DNA of 44,013 nt from an uncultured Bacillales bacterium. GTDB lineage: Bacteria > Bacillota_I > Bacilli_A > RFN20 > CAG-826. Where the stretch lies: the NCBI GenBank assembly GCA_946414915.1, contig CAMKQK010000004.1, positions 1-44,013 of the forward strand. Direction: 5' to 3'. Made by a program: the position numbers and the translations under genes. The notes under the pieces are model-generated. The model did no database searches. It was not told the origin of the DNA and saw nothing but the letters and a program-made list of their open reading frames with translations. Positions 18,449 through 28,155 of the stretch are shown piece by piece. Each line of letters starts with the position of its first letter. Position 1 is the first letter of the stretch.

Positions 18449-18465
18449 ATCTTTTTTGAGGTTAA

Positions 18466-19488
18466 TTATTCAAGTGGCTTGATATAGAAGTTACCGTACA
18501 CTTGCTTTAACGAAGTAACACCGATGAAGACGTGTTCATCAACCTTCTTAGCGACGTTAACAACTTTACGCACTTCAGAAGAGGAGACCGCCATCCAAAG
18601 AATGATCTTATCAGCGCCAGAATAAGCACCATGTCCATTAATTATTGTTGCAGAGTGTGGGAAGTTAGCAATAATGATTTCTGGCATATGGACTTTGCTA
18701 GTAATGATTTGGACAAGCATTTTCTTATTTCTTAAGTTGATCGCATCAATAATGAGGCCGACTTCAAATAAATAAATAATAGAGAAGATAATAGAATATA
18801 AGGAATAAATAAAGTTGAAATTGTTATCGATAGCTTTTAAGAAACCGTAGGTTATAACAATCACACCATTAATCATCACGCCATATCTACCGATTTGTGT
18901 AGACTTTCTCGCACCGATATAGCACGCGATAACATCAATGCCGCCACAAGAAATACCGCCTAAAAATGCGAACGCACTGGCAAGGCCTGTGGTAATACCT
19001 CCGAATACGACACGCACAATCACAGGTTCGAGTGGTTGAGCGCCATCTGGGAAAGTAAAATTTGCAACTTGTTCGCCTACGTGTGCGGTAGAGAATAAAG
19101 AGATAAACACTGATGAAAGTACAACATTAACTAATGTGAAGATGGTAAAACGTTTACCAAGTTTGAAAAAGCTAAAGATTAGTAATGGGACATTCAATAA
19201 TGTGTAACCAATAGATTGAATTAAGTTGTTACCAACTGGTTCACCACGTATTGTTTCAATAATCCATGCAATGATTTGAGAAACACCAGATACACCACCA
19301 GTGGCTAAAACAAAGCCACCTTTTGTAGAAGGTGAAATAAAGCAAGAGAAACCAAAAGCGAACACTACCGCGGCAATAGTGGCAATAAAGAAACCACGTA
19401 TGTATTCAAGTACGGTTTTGATAATGTAATGATCGAACAAGAAGTTGTCGATTTGTTTTTTAAAACGAGTCCACTTAGATTTAATCAC
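18466..19488 (-). CDS. YitT family (DUF161/DUF2179) membrane protein
   Basis: ATGGVSG, NVPL, GGIDVI and the C-terminal G.GAYSG...VDEHVF domain. Confidence 0.9.
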   Translation of the reverse strand: MIKSKWTRFKKQIDNFLFDHYIIKTVLEYIRGFFIATIAAVVFAFGFSCFISPSTKGGFVLATGGVSGVSQIIAWIIETIRGEPVGNNLIQSIGYTLLNVPLLIFSFFKLGKRFTIFTLVNVVLSSVFISLFSTAHVGEQVANFTFPDGAQPLEPVIVRVVFGGITTGLASAFAFLGGISCGGIDVIACYIGARKSTQIGRYGVMINGVIVITYGFLKAIDNNFNFIYSLYSIIFSIIYLFEVGLIIDAINLRNKKMLVQIITSKVHMPEIIIANFPHSATIINGHGAYSGADKIILWMAVSSSEVRKVVNVAKKVDEHVFIGVTSLKQVYGNFYIKPLE

Positions 19489-19681
19489 GGCATTATTGTA
19501 TACCTTGTTTTACAAAAAACAACAAAATATGATTGTTTAGAAGTTTTTTTCTAGTATAATGAGAAACGTTGCTCGTCTCGGATGGGCGTATGTAAGATAC
19601 AATTGGTACAATTGTTATTGAATTTAAAATTTTCAAGTGGTAAGATTATCACGCTATATGTAAATATAGGAGGCTTAAAAC

Positions 19682-20542
19682 ATGGTAGTATTAAGAGCAA
19701 TCGGTGGATTTTTTGCGAGAATCGGCCGTTGGATTAAAGAAACAGCATGGATTCAACCTTTGTTGATCGTCGGTGCTATCTTCGCAGTTATCTTTGCTAT
19801 CCCACACATCATTGATGGTGTTAAGGGTTGGTTCGATTCCAGCGATGACGCAAATAAATATTTCGCTAAGAGTCAATTAAGTTTAAAGAACGCTAATAAA
19901 TTCGATTCCAATAATGCTGGTTCCGAAGTTGACAAGTTCTTCACATATATCGAAAACGGCGATGTTGAAAAACTCAAAGCCGATAAGAGAGGCGAAAGAT
20001 TCTTCGTTGCCTTCGTTAAAGATGACAGCAGCTGCAACGATTTATATGGCGGCTTAAAGACATTCCAAGAAAAATGGAAAAACAACGATAAAGAATTCGT
20101 TGGTGATAAGAAAGATGCTTTAGCAGGTGACTTCAAACTCTGGACTATCTACACAGATACAAAAGAAAAAATCGATAACGAAGAAGTCAACTTATTCGAT
20201 AAGGTTTGGTTAAACCACTACAGTTTATTTGAAAACTTAGTTGATGGTACATACTTACCAAAAACCTACTACGCTATGAACAAGAACTACAGCGTCAGCA
20301 ACTATGAAAGCAATTTCACATCTGATAGCTTAGATACTTGCCCAATCAACACACCATTACTTATGTACTTCGACTTCACTGCTGATTGCGAAAAGAACGG
20401 TATCGCTCTTGCCAATCAAAAAGTTAAAGGCTTAAGTGATGTCATCTTCACAGTCGATGGTTCTTCCGATTTAGAAAGAGCCCGTACATTGAAGAAATGT
20501 TGGTCACACACCGATTTATTCGGTAAAGTGCTTAAGAACTAA
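19682..20542 (+). CDS. Membrane-anchored hypothetical protein, possible thioredoxin-like fold
   Basis: SD AGGAGG; single TM (WIQPLLIVG...); FFVAF..DSSC and TPLLMYF motifs. Confidence 0.7.
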   Translation: MVVLRAIGGFFARIGRWIKETAWIQPLLIVGAIFAVIFAIPHIIDGVKGWFDSSDDANKYFAKSQLSLKNANKFDSNNAGSEVDKFFTYIENGDVEKLKADKRGERFFVAFVKDDSSCNDLYGGLKTFQEKWKNNDKEFVGDKKDALAGDFKLWTIYTDTKEKIDNEEVNLFDKVWLNHYSLFENLVDGTYLPKTYYAMNKNYSVSNYESNFTSDSLDTCPINTPLLMYFDFTADCEKNGIALANQKVKGLSDVIFTVDGSSDLERARTLKKCWSHTDLFGKVLKN

Positions 20543-20560
20543 CCGCTGATGCGGTTTTTT
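20541..20560 (+). terminator. Intrinsic terminator
   Basis: AACCGC-TGAT-GCGGTT-TTTT. Confidence 0.75.
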
Positions 20561-20583
20561 CTTTTCTCTGATATCATTGATGT

Positions 20584-21297
20584 ATGTATATTAGTTTTCC
20601 TCTTAGTCAAAAGTGTTTAAGCATTACCACCACTACTAAATTAGGTAATCTTGCATATCAAGTAGATAACGGTGAAGGTGTTAAAGAAAGACGCTTACAT
20701 TTAGCGAGTCTTCTTAATCAACCTATCGAACGCTTTACTTATGTCCATCAACATCATAGCGATAAAGTAATGTATGTTTCTTTAGAAGAAATGGGTAAAG
20801 GTAAAGATAGCTTTGAAGATGGTTTAGACTGTGATGCCTTATATACATATGAAAGAAATATTCCTCTATGCATTTTCCATGCTGATTGTGTCCCTATCTT
20901 CTTTATTAATGAAAGAGTAAATCTCGTCGGTATTATTCACGCAGGATTTAAGGGCACAATGAGGCACGTTGCTTATAAAGTTATTAATGAAATTCTTAAT
21001 AAAGAACAATTAGATATTAAAGATTTTAAATTCTATATTGGTCCGTTCCGTCAAAAAGAGTCTTTTAAGATTGATGAAGAAACTAGACAAACCATCTTAG
21101 AGGCAGGCTTTAAAGACGCGATTAAAGATGAAGAATTTGATAATGGCTACGCCAATAGAATGGATCTCTATTCTTTAGGTGCAGACGATTCACAAATCAA
21201 AGACGACCATCTCGATACATTTACTGACGAGAGATTTTATTCAGCCTATAAGAAAACACCAGTGGGAAGACTGGTGTCATTAATCTACTTAAAATAA
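20584..21297 (+). CDS. pgeF: PgeF/YlmD (laccase-like purine nucleoside phosphorylase) family protein
   Basis: QHHS, DALYT, ADCVPI, HAGFKG, IGP motifs. Confidence 0.88.
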   Translation: MYISFPLSQKCLSITTTTKLGNLAYQVDNGEGVKERRLHLASLLNQPIERFTYVHQHHSDKVMYVSLEEMGKGKDSFEDGLDCDALYTYERNIPLCIFHADCVPIFFINERVNLVGIIHAGFKGTMRHVAYKVINEILNKEQLDIKDFKFYIGPFRQKESFKIDEETRQTILEAGFKDAIKDEEFDNGYANRMDLYSLGADDSQIKDDHLDTFTDERFYSAYKKTPVGRLVSLIYLK

Positions 21298-21298
21298 C

Positions 21299-21763
21299 TT
21301 ATTTTAATCTTTTGATAACAGACGCTGGAACAAGGCTAGAAACATCAACACCACTTTGATATAGTTCCATGATCATCGAGGAATTGATGAAAGACTTTTC
21401 CGCTTTGCTCGTTAAGAAGACCGTATCGATTGATGAATCAATGAAATCATTAGCGGACGCTAAGGAGAATTCATATTCAAAATCAGTCACCGCTCTTAGA
21501 CCACGGATTAAGTGTTGTGCATTATGGTTTTTTGCATATTCAACGGTTAAACCGTCATAGCTGTCAACCGTAACACGTGGATCACCTTCAACGGCTTCCT
21601 TAATCATCGCCACTCTTTCTTCGACTGAAAAGCGTGATTTCTTAGCGTCGTTAACAGCGACAAGCATAATCACTTTATCAAAGATATTAAGGGCTCTTTT
21701 TAAGATTTCTAAGTGTCCGTTGGTAATTGGATCGAAGCTTCCTGGGTAGATGGCGATTTTCAT
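21299..21763 (-). CDS. coaD: Pantetheine-phosphate adenylyltransferase
   Basis: YPGSFDPITNGH, RGLRAVTDFEYE. Confidence 0.97.
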   Translation of the reverse strand: MKIAIYPGSFDPITNGHLEILKRALNIFDKVIMLVAVNDAKKSRFSVEERVAMIKEAVEGDPRVTVDSYDGLTVEYAKNHNAQHLIRGLRAVTDFEYEFSLASANDFIDSSIDTVFLTSKAEKSFINSSMIMELYQSGVDVSSLVPASVIKRLK

Positions 21764-21766
21764 TTG

Positions 21767-22312
21767 TTACCTCCAATAGATGAAGACTTTGATTTCTCCA
21801 TAATGGTAGTCTTTCTTCTTTATATATTCAATATTTTCTAAGTTCACATCACGGTTGGCCTCAATAACGATAACCGCATGTTCGTTTAATAATTCTTTAC
21901 TAATTAATAAATCAACGATTTGTTGATATTGACCTTGTTCATAAGGTGGATCAAGGAAAACTAAATCAAACTTTTCATTAAGAGTTTTGAATCTCTCTAA
22001 CGCGTTTATATCTTTATCCTTAATTAATATATATTGTTCTGGAGTAATCTTAAGATTATCAAGATTGCCTTTTGTGGTTTTAATGGCAATTGGAGAAACA
22101 TCGACGAAGGCACATTTATTCGCTCCTCTTGAAAGTGCTTCTAAGCCCATTGCCCCACTTCCAGCGTATAAATCTAAAGCGTGAAAATCAGTGATATCGC
22201 CTAACGCAGAAAAGATGGCTTCTCTAATCCTATCTTTCGTTGGTCTAGTATGTTCCATATCATCGGGATAAGTGATTAAACGATGACGGTATTTTCCTCC
22301 GACGATACGCAT
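21767..22312 (-). CDS. rsmD: 16S rRNA m2G966 methyltransferase
   Basis: MRIVGG, TRPT.DRIREAIF, DLYAGSG, DPPY. Confidence 0.95.
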   Translation of the reverse strand: MRIVGGKYRHRLITYPDDMEHTRPTKDRIREAIFSALGDITDFHALDLYAGSGAMGLEALSRGANKCAFVDVSPIAIKTTKGNLDNLKITPEQYILIKDKDINALERFKTLNEKFDLVFLDPPYEQGQYQQIVDLLISKELLNEHAVIVIEANRDVNLENIEYIKKKDYHYGEIKVFIYWR

Positions 22313-22677
22313 TATTTGTGCCCCTTTTCTTTTAAATGTAAAGACAAGTCTTTAAATAGTATCTCATTAAGCTCAAACATTAAGTCACGAACTTCACTAT
22401 AAGCTTTAAGATAAGACCTCACTAATGGATGGTTGTCTAAGGCTTCTTTTTTGAGGTGTAATTCACGTTGATATTTCTTTAATTCTTCACTATCTTTTGC
22501 GTAGTGATTTAAAGCGTCGCTATAAGAAGAAACAGCGACATCTTTTTGATAGGAAAGAGCCATCACTTCTTCGTTATTATCGAGTTCTTTTTCGAGTTTA
22601 TTTAAAAGGATAATTCTTTCGTCATTATCCAGCATTTCTTTTAATTCACTAGCGAGATAATAAATGTCATTTGCCAT
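22312..22677 (-). CDS. ylbF: YlbF family regulator
   Basis: Helical protein with HPLVRSY motif, in conserved synteny with rsmD-coaD; start revised to the ATG 6 nt after TATAAT. Confidence 0.75.
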   Translation of the reverse strand: MANDIYYLASELKEMLDNDERIILLNKLEKELDNNEEVMALSYQKDVAVSSYSDALNHYAKDSEELKKYQRELHLKKEALDNHPLVRSYLKAYSEVRDLMFELNEILFKDLSLHLKEKGHK

Positions 22678-22748
22678 GCTTTGATTATACACAATTTTTC
22701 ATTTGACATAAACTTTATTTATGTCGATAAATGTGATAGTATATGCTC

Positions 22749-23291
22749 ATGAAGCTCAGAATTGTTAAAGACAGTAACCCAATTATGAAGAAAAAGTCTC
22801 TCCCAGTAGAGCTTCCATTAAGTAAGGAAGATAAAGAGACTTTAGATGCGATGCTTGAATACTTAAAGTTATCGCAAGATGAAGAATACGCGATTAAGCA
22901 TAATATCAGAGCTGGTATTGGTTTAGCGGCTATTCAAATCGGATTACTCAAAAGAATGTTTGTTATTTATTATGGAGAAGGTGAAGATCTTGTCCAATAT
23001 CAATTAGTGAATCCAAAAATTATTGAGTACTCCGTCCGTAAGTGTGCTTTAAAAGACGGGGAAGGCTGTTTAAGCGTGGACGAAGAACATAGAGGCTACG
23101 CCCACCGCTACTACAAGATCAAAATGCAGGCTTATGACGCTCTTAGAGATAAGGATGTCGTTATCACTGCTAGAGGCTTCGATGCCATCGTATTACAACA
23201 TGAGTATGACCATTTAGATGGTCTCTTCTTCTATGACCGTATTGATAAAAATAAACCAAATACGCAGCTCATGAATGAAGAACTTATATAA
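22749..23291 (+). CDS. def: Peptide deformylase
   Basis: GIGLAAIQ, EGCLS, QHEYDH; start 22749 (alternative 22743). Confidence 0.96.
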   Translation: MKLRIVKDSNPIMKKKSLPVELPLSKEDKETLDAMLEYLKLSQDEEYAIKHNIRAGIGLAAIQIGLLKRMFVIYYGEGEDLVQYQLVNPKIIEYSVRKCALKDGEGCLSVDEEHRGYAHRYYKIKMQAYDALRDKDVVITARGFDAIVLQHEYDHLDGLFFYDRIDKNKPNTQLMNEELI

Positions 23292-23351
23292 TTTATTAAT
23301 TTTTGCTATAATTAATAAAGAATTCTCACATAAATAATGAAAGGAGACACT

Positions 23352-25022
23352 ATGGCTAATACACTTTCTATGCCCATTTCTGTTTATGCCCTCGGTGGTT
23401 TAGGCGAGGTTGGTAAAAACATGTACTGCATCGAAAACGAAGAAACAATCGTCATCATTGACTGTGGCGTACGTTTTCCTGGTGTTGAATTTCCTGGTAT
23501 CGACTATGTCGTCCCAGATTTTACACATTTAAAAAATAACCGTAATAAAGTAAAGGCTTTATTTATCACACATGGTCACGAAGACCATATCGGTGGTATT
23601 CCTTTCTTAATTCAAAGTTTAAATATTCCAGTGATTTACGCACCTAGACTAGCAGCAGCTTTAATCAGAAACAAAATGGAAGAAAACCGCATGTCTGATC
23701 GTTTACCACTTATTGAATATACTGATGATACTGTTGTTAAAGTCGATTCATTCAAGATTAGCTTCTTTAGAGTGACCCATTCCATCCCAGATTCCTTTGG
23801 TGTGGTTGTTGATACTCCTGAAGGTAGAATCGTTTCCACTGGTGACTTTAAAGTGGACTTAACACCAATTGGTCCAGATATCAACTTAACCAAGATGGCT
23901 AAATTAGGCCAAGAGGGTGTTGATTTATTACTTAGTGACTCCACTAACGCGGAAAACGAAGGCTATACACCAAGTGAAAAGAACGTTTTAGACGCTATTG
24001 ATGATGTTTTCTCTAAAGCCGCTGGTCGATTAATCGTTTCCACATTCTCTTCCAATATTTCTCGTATTCAACAAATCTGCGAAGTCGCGGCTAAATACGA
24101 ACGTAAAATCGTTATTATTGGTCGTTCCATGGAGAAAGCCATGGATATCTCACGTGGATATGGTTATATCAAGATTAAAGATGACATGATTATTAATCCT
24201 GAAGAAATTAAGAACTTCAAGAGTAATCAAATCGTTATTATTTGTACCGGTTCACAAGGTGAACCAATGGCCGCGTTAAGTAGAATTGCTAACGGGGAAC
24301 ATAAAGATGTTCACATCTCTCCAGGAGACACTGTCGTCTTCTCTAGTTCAGCAATTCCAGGGAATGGCATTATGATTGACCACGTTGTTAACCAATTAAC
24401 ACGTTGCGGTGCGGATGTTGTCACTAATTCCATTCTTAATGACATCCACTCCTCTGGTCACCCATCAAAACAAGAATTAAGACTCGTCTTAAAACTATTT
24501 AAACCTAAATATTTCATGCCAATGCATGGTGAATATAGAATGCTTTTAATCCACGCGAAGATTGCTAGCGAAGTTGGTGTTCCAGCGGAAAACTGCTTTG
24601 TTTTAGATAACGGGGACTGTTTAACTCTTTCTAGAGGTAAGATTTCTCGAGGCTTCCAAGTGGAACACGGTAACACCTATATCGATGGTAAAGACATTAA
24701 AGGTTTAGCTGACGCTGTTATGGCGGACCGTCGTATCTTAACTGATGATGGTATGGTCGTGGTCACTATCACTATTGATTCACACAATAACCAACTCATT
24801 GATACACCAGTCTTTGTCCTTAAGGGTGTTGTGGCTTCTCATAGTAAACGTAATGTGAACGCTTGTATTAAACTTGTTGAAAAGGGTGTTAAAGAAAAAC
24901 TCTTAACCAAGACAAGCTTTGCCGAACTTAAAGCAATCATTAAAGATATTACTGGTAACTTCTTATACGAACTCACACGTTCTCATCCAATGGTTATCCC
25001 AGTAATTCTTACAAAGAATTAA
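23352..25022 (+). CDS. rnj: Ribonuclease J
   Basis: GGLGEVGKN, THGHEDHIGG, GSQGEP, HSSGH; SD AAGGAG before 23352. Confidence 0.96.
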   Translation: MANTLSMPISVYALGGLGEVGKNMYCIENEETIVIIDCGVRFPGVEFPGIDYVVPDFTHLKNNRNKVKALFITHGHEDHIGGIPFLIQSLNIPVIYAPRLAAALIRNKMEENRMSDRLPLIEYTDDTVVKVDSFKISFFRVTHSIPDSFGVVVDTPEGRIVSTGDFKVDLTPIGPDINLTKMAKLGQEGVDLLLSDSTNAENEGYTPSEKNVLDAIDDVFSKAAGRLIVSTFSSNISRIQQICEVAAKYERKIVIIGRSMEKAMDISRGYGYIKIKDDMIINPEEIKNFKSNQIVIICTGSQGEPMAALSRIANGEHKDVHISPGDTVVFSSSAIPGNGIMIDHVVNQLTRCGADVVTNSILNDIHSSGHPSKQELRLVLKLFKPKYFMPMHGEYRMLLIHAKIASEVGVPAENCFVLDNGDCLTLSRGKISRGFQVEHGNTYIDGKDIKGLADAVMADRRILTDDGMVVVTITIDSHNNQLIDTPVFVLKGVVASHSKRNVNACIKLVEKGVKEKLLTKTSFAELKAIIKDITGNFLYELTRSHPMVIPVILTKN

Positions 25023-25023
25023 G

Positions 25024-25593
25024 ATGATTATTTTAGCGAGTGCATCACCAAGAAGAAAAGAATTAATGAAAAAGGAGATTTCCTCTTCTTTTTCTATTAT
25101 CGTCAGTGATATTGATGAATCTTTATCTTTTAAGAAATATAGCGATGTGAAAGATATCGTTAAAGACATCTCTTTACGTAAATGTTTAGCGGTCTCCGAT
25201 AACCATCAAGATGATTTAGTCATCGCCGCAGACACAGTTGTGGTTTTAGGAAATGAAATAATTGGCAAACCAAAAGATCCAAAAGATGCTTATCGTATCT
25301 TAAAAGAATTATCTAATAAAGAACACTATGTCTACACTGGTTACGCTTTAAAAAGAGGCGATAAATTAGTGCAAGGTATTGTGAAAAGCACTGTTTATTT
25401 TAATGAATTAAATGATGAATTAATTAACGCCTATATCGCTTCTGGTTCGCCATTAGATAAAGCGGGAGCGTATGGTCTACAAGATAACGATAAATTCCCA
25501 ATTGTGAAAAAAATCAGTGGTTCCATGAATAACATTATTGGATTCCCCACTGATGAGATTAAACAAGATTTAATTAAGTATTTTAATTATTAA
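25024..25593 (+). CDS. maf: Maf nucleoside triphosphate pyrophosphatase
   Basis: ILASASPRR, ADTVV, GKP, DKAGAYG. Confidence 0.95.
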   Translation: MIILASASPRRKELMKKEISSSFSIIVSDIDESLSFKKYSDVKDIVKDISLRKCLAVSDNHQDDLVIAADTVVVLGNEIIGKPKDPKDAYRILKELSNKEHYVYTGYALKRGDKLVQGIVKSTVYFNELNDELINAYIASGSPLDKAGAYGLQDNDKFPIVKKISGSMNNIIGFPTDEIKQDLIKYFNY

Positions 25594-25957
25594 GGCCGTC
25601 ATTTATCGCTTTAGCGATATCTTCAGCGTTATTCTCAATAACTAATGTTACTTTATTAGACATGACTAGGACACTTTTAACTCCTAGTTCTTTTAAATTA
25701 TCCTTATTAATCTTTTCTTTATCTTTTAAGACAAGATTGATTCTTGAACCGACTTGAGCGACGCTTTCAATGTTTTCTTTTCCGCCTAAGTTATCAATCC
25801 ATAAAGAGTTATCGACTTTCACAACTTTCTTCTTTTTAAGGAAGATAATAATGACCACGACTGTGGCGATCATTAAGATACCCGTGGCCACGAATAAAGC
25901 GATTAAATACCATGGGAGTTGAGTGTTTTCTACTAATAAAGGTAAATTTAATTTCAT
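25583..25957 (-). CDS. Membrane-anchored PTS EIIB-like domain protein lacking the catalytic Cys
   Basis: LGGKENIESV..VGSRINLVLKD matches the glucose-family EIIB pattern; one N-terminal TM. Confidence 0.75.
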   Translation of the reverse strand: MKLNLPLLVENTQLPWYLIALFVATGILMIATVVVIIIFLKKKKVVKVDNSLWIDNLGGKENIESVAQVGSRINLVLKDKEKINKDNLKELGVKSVLVMSNKVTLVIENNAEDIAKAINDGLNN

Positions 25958-25995
25958 AGCATATGTTATAATAATTCAGTTATTGGAAAAAATCT

Positions 25996-26598
25996 ATGGC
26001 TAAAACAAATAAAGAATATGAAACACGAATAATGTTAGATGAGGAGAGATATTTTTTCATCGTCACTTATTACATGAATATTTATCCAAGTAAACATTTC
26101 TTACAAAACGCGAACTATTATTTCGATACTGATGACCTCTATTTAAGAAGCCAACATATGACCTTAAGAGTGAGAGTTATTAATGATGTGAAAAGTGAAC
26201 TCACTTTAAAGATTAAGGGCGAAGACGGAGATGAAGAAATCAATGATGGCTTAACTCCAAGAGAATCTGAGCTTTTGGTTAATGAAGGTATCTTCCCTTA
26301 TGGACAAGTCAGAAATAGATTAATGCTTCTACCCTACTCATTAGATAAATATCATAAAATTACTGTTTTATATAACCGTCGATTAGAAATTGAATTTGAT
26401 GACTATCTTTTAGTGATTGATAAGAATACATATGGCGACCATCTTGATTACAATTTAGAGATTGAATCTAAACTTGGCATTAATCACGCTAAAGCCATGA
26501 TGAAAGAATATATTGAGAAATTTAACTTAACTGTTTCTAAAGAAAAATACGTCGGAAAAGCCCGACGCGCGATTGACGCTGCTAGAAAGAATAATTAG
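25996..26598 (+). CDS. CYTH domain protein (YjbK-like)
   Basis: EYETR, NYYFDT, LRVR, ELTLK, LEIE. Confidence 0.88.
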   Translation: MAKTNKEYETRIMLDEERYFFIVTYYMNIYPSKHFLQNANYYFDTDDLYLRSQHMTLRVRVINDVKSELTLKIKGEDGDEEINDGLTPRESELLVNEGIFPYGQVRNRLMLLPYSLDKYHKITVLYNRRLEIEFDDYLLVIDKNTYGDHLDYNLEIESKLGINHAKAMMKEYIEKFNLTVSKEKYVGKARRAIDAARKNN

Positions 26599-27038
26599 TT
26601 ATTAGCAGTTTCTTTTAAGTCAGAGTGACCACAGTGATCATACTCTGGACAGTTATTGTTTTTACATGCCCATTCCGCGAGACGACGAGCGTGTGGAATG
26701 AAGGATCTAATATCATCAGGGTTATAACCCACTTGAATGCGATGGTCATCAACAATGATTGGGCGTTTTAAGATGGATGGATTGTCCTTAATAAAGGCCA
26801 CTAATTGTTTAACGGTCATAGAGTCGATATCAAGGTTAGATTCCTTGATGATCTTACTCTTCGTGGAAATGATGTCTTCGGTACCATTTTCACTCTTCAT
26901 TAATATATCGGTTAATTCCTTCTCATTTAAGGTCGCAACAAAGATGTTCTTTTCAATGAATGGGATATTCTGATCCAAGAACCATTTCTTAACTTTGCGA
27001 CATGAACTACAAGAAGGTGAAGTATAAATTTTTATCAT
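26595..27038 (-). CDS. spx: Spx/MgsR family RNA polymerase-binding regulator
   Basis: IYTSPSCSSCRK, ENGTEDII, LKRPII, QVGYN. Confidence 0.92.
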   Translation of the reverse strand: MIKIYTSPSCSSCRKVKKWFLDQNIPFIEKNIFVATLNEKELTDILMKSENGTEDIISTKSKIIKESNLDIDSMTVKQLVAFIKDNPSILKRPIIVDDHRIQVGYNPDDIRSFIPHARRLAEWACKNNNCPEYDHCGHSDLKETANN

Positions 27039-27124
27039 ATACCTGTAGTATAAACCACAAAGCCATTATCTAGCAATTGAAATTAGTCTCGTAAAAGACT
27101 AAACTAAAACACGAGGCAAAACAT

Positions 27125-28108
27125 ATGGCAGAACGTATTTTAACTGGTATCAAACCAACAGGACAATTAACATTAGGCAATTACATTGCGGTTTTAAAGA
27201 ATTTAAAAAACATGAATGATCGCGGTGAATGTTTCATTTTTATCGCGGATTTACATGCATTAACTCTTCCAATTGATCCTGAAGTATTAAGACAAAATTC
27301 TATCGACTTAGCCGCTTTCTATTTAGCCGCAGGTCTTGATCCAAAGAAGAATGCGTTATTCCTTCAAAGCAGCGTTTCCGCTCACGCAGAATTAAACGCT
27401 ATTATGCAAAACTACTTATACATGGGTGAGTTATCTCGTATGACTCAGTTCAAAGATAAGTCCGCTAAATTAAAAGAAAACGCTATTGGTTTAGGCTTGT
27501 TTGCTTATCCTGTCTTAATGGCGTGCGATATCGTTTTATACGATGCCACTACTATTCCAGTTGGTGAAGACCAAGTTCAACACATTGAATTAACACGTGA
27601 CTTAGTTAACCGTATTAACAATAGATATGGTGAAATCTTAACCATGCCAAAAGCGGAACTCCGTAAGGTTGGTAAAAGAATCATGTCTTTAAGTGATCCA
27701 ACTGTGAAGATGAGTAAATCTGATCCAAAAGGTGACATCTTCTTAAAAGATGAACCAGCGGTCATCCGTAAAAAGATTATGTCCGCGGTTACTGATATGG
27801 GCTGTGAAGTTAAATACGATGAAGAGAATAAACCAGGTATCTCTAACTTATTACAAATCTATTGCTGCATGAAAGACATCTCTATTGAAGAAGCAGAAAA
27901 AAGATTTGAAGGCTATCGTTATGGCGATTTCAAAAAAGCGGTCGCAGACGCAGTCATTGAAGAACTCGAACCGTTCCAAGCTAGATATAGAGAAATCGTC
28001 GCTAATAAGAGTTACGAAGAAGCGCTTAAAGAAGGCGCGGAAAAGGCTAGCAAGATTGCTAATCAAACACTCAAGAGAGTGCAAAAAGCTGTCGGCTTAT
28101 TACAATAA
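27125..28108 (+). CDS. trpS: Tryptophan--tRNA ligase
   Basis: GIKPTGQLTLGNY, YPVLMA.D, VGEDQ, KMSKS. Confidence 0.97.
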   Translation: MAERILTGIKPTGQLTLGNYIAVLKNLKNMNDRGECFIFIADLHALTLPIDPEVLRQNSIDLAAFYLAAGLDPKKNALFLQSSVSAHAELNAIMQNYLYMGELSRMTQFKDKSAKLKENAIGLGLFAYPVLMACDIVLYDATTIPVGEDQVQHIELTRDLVNRINNRYGEILTMPKAELRKVGKRIMSLSDPTVKMSKSDPKGDIFLKDEPAVIRKKIMSAVTDMGCEVKYDEENKPGISNLLQIYCCMKDISIEEAEKRFEGYRYGDFKKAVADAVIEELEPFQARYREIVANKSYEEALKEGAEKASKIANQTLKRVQKAVGLLQ

Positions 28109-28125
28109 TTTATTAATTATTAATA

Positions 28126-28152
28126 AAAAGCAAGGTTTGATGCCTTGCTTTT
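28126..28152. terminator. Bidirectional terminator between trpS and pgm
   Basis: AAAAGCAAGG...CCTTGCTTTT. Confidence 0.8.
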
Positions 28153-28155
28153 ATT

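Noticed and set aside
27039-27124. T-box upstream of trpS
   Set aside because: The gap is only 86 bp, is shared with the spx promoter and has no T-box motifs
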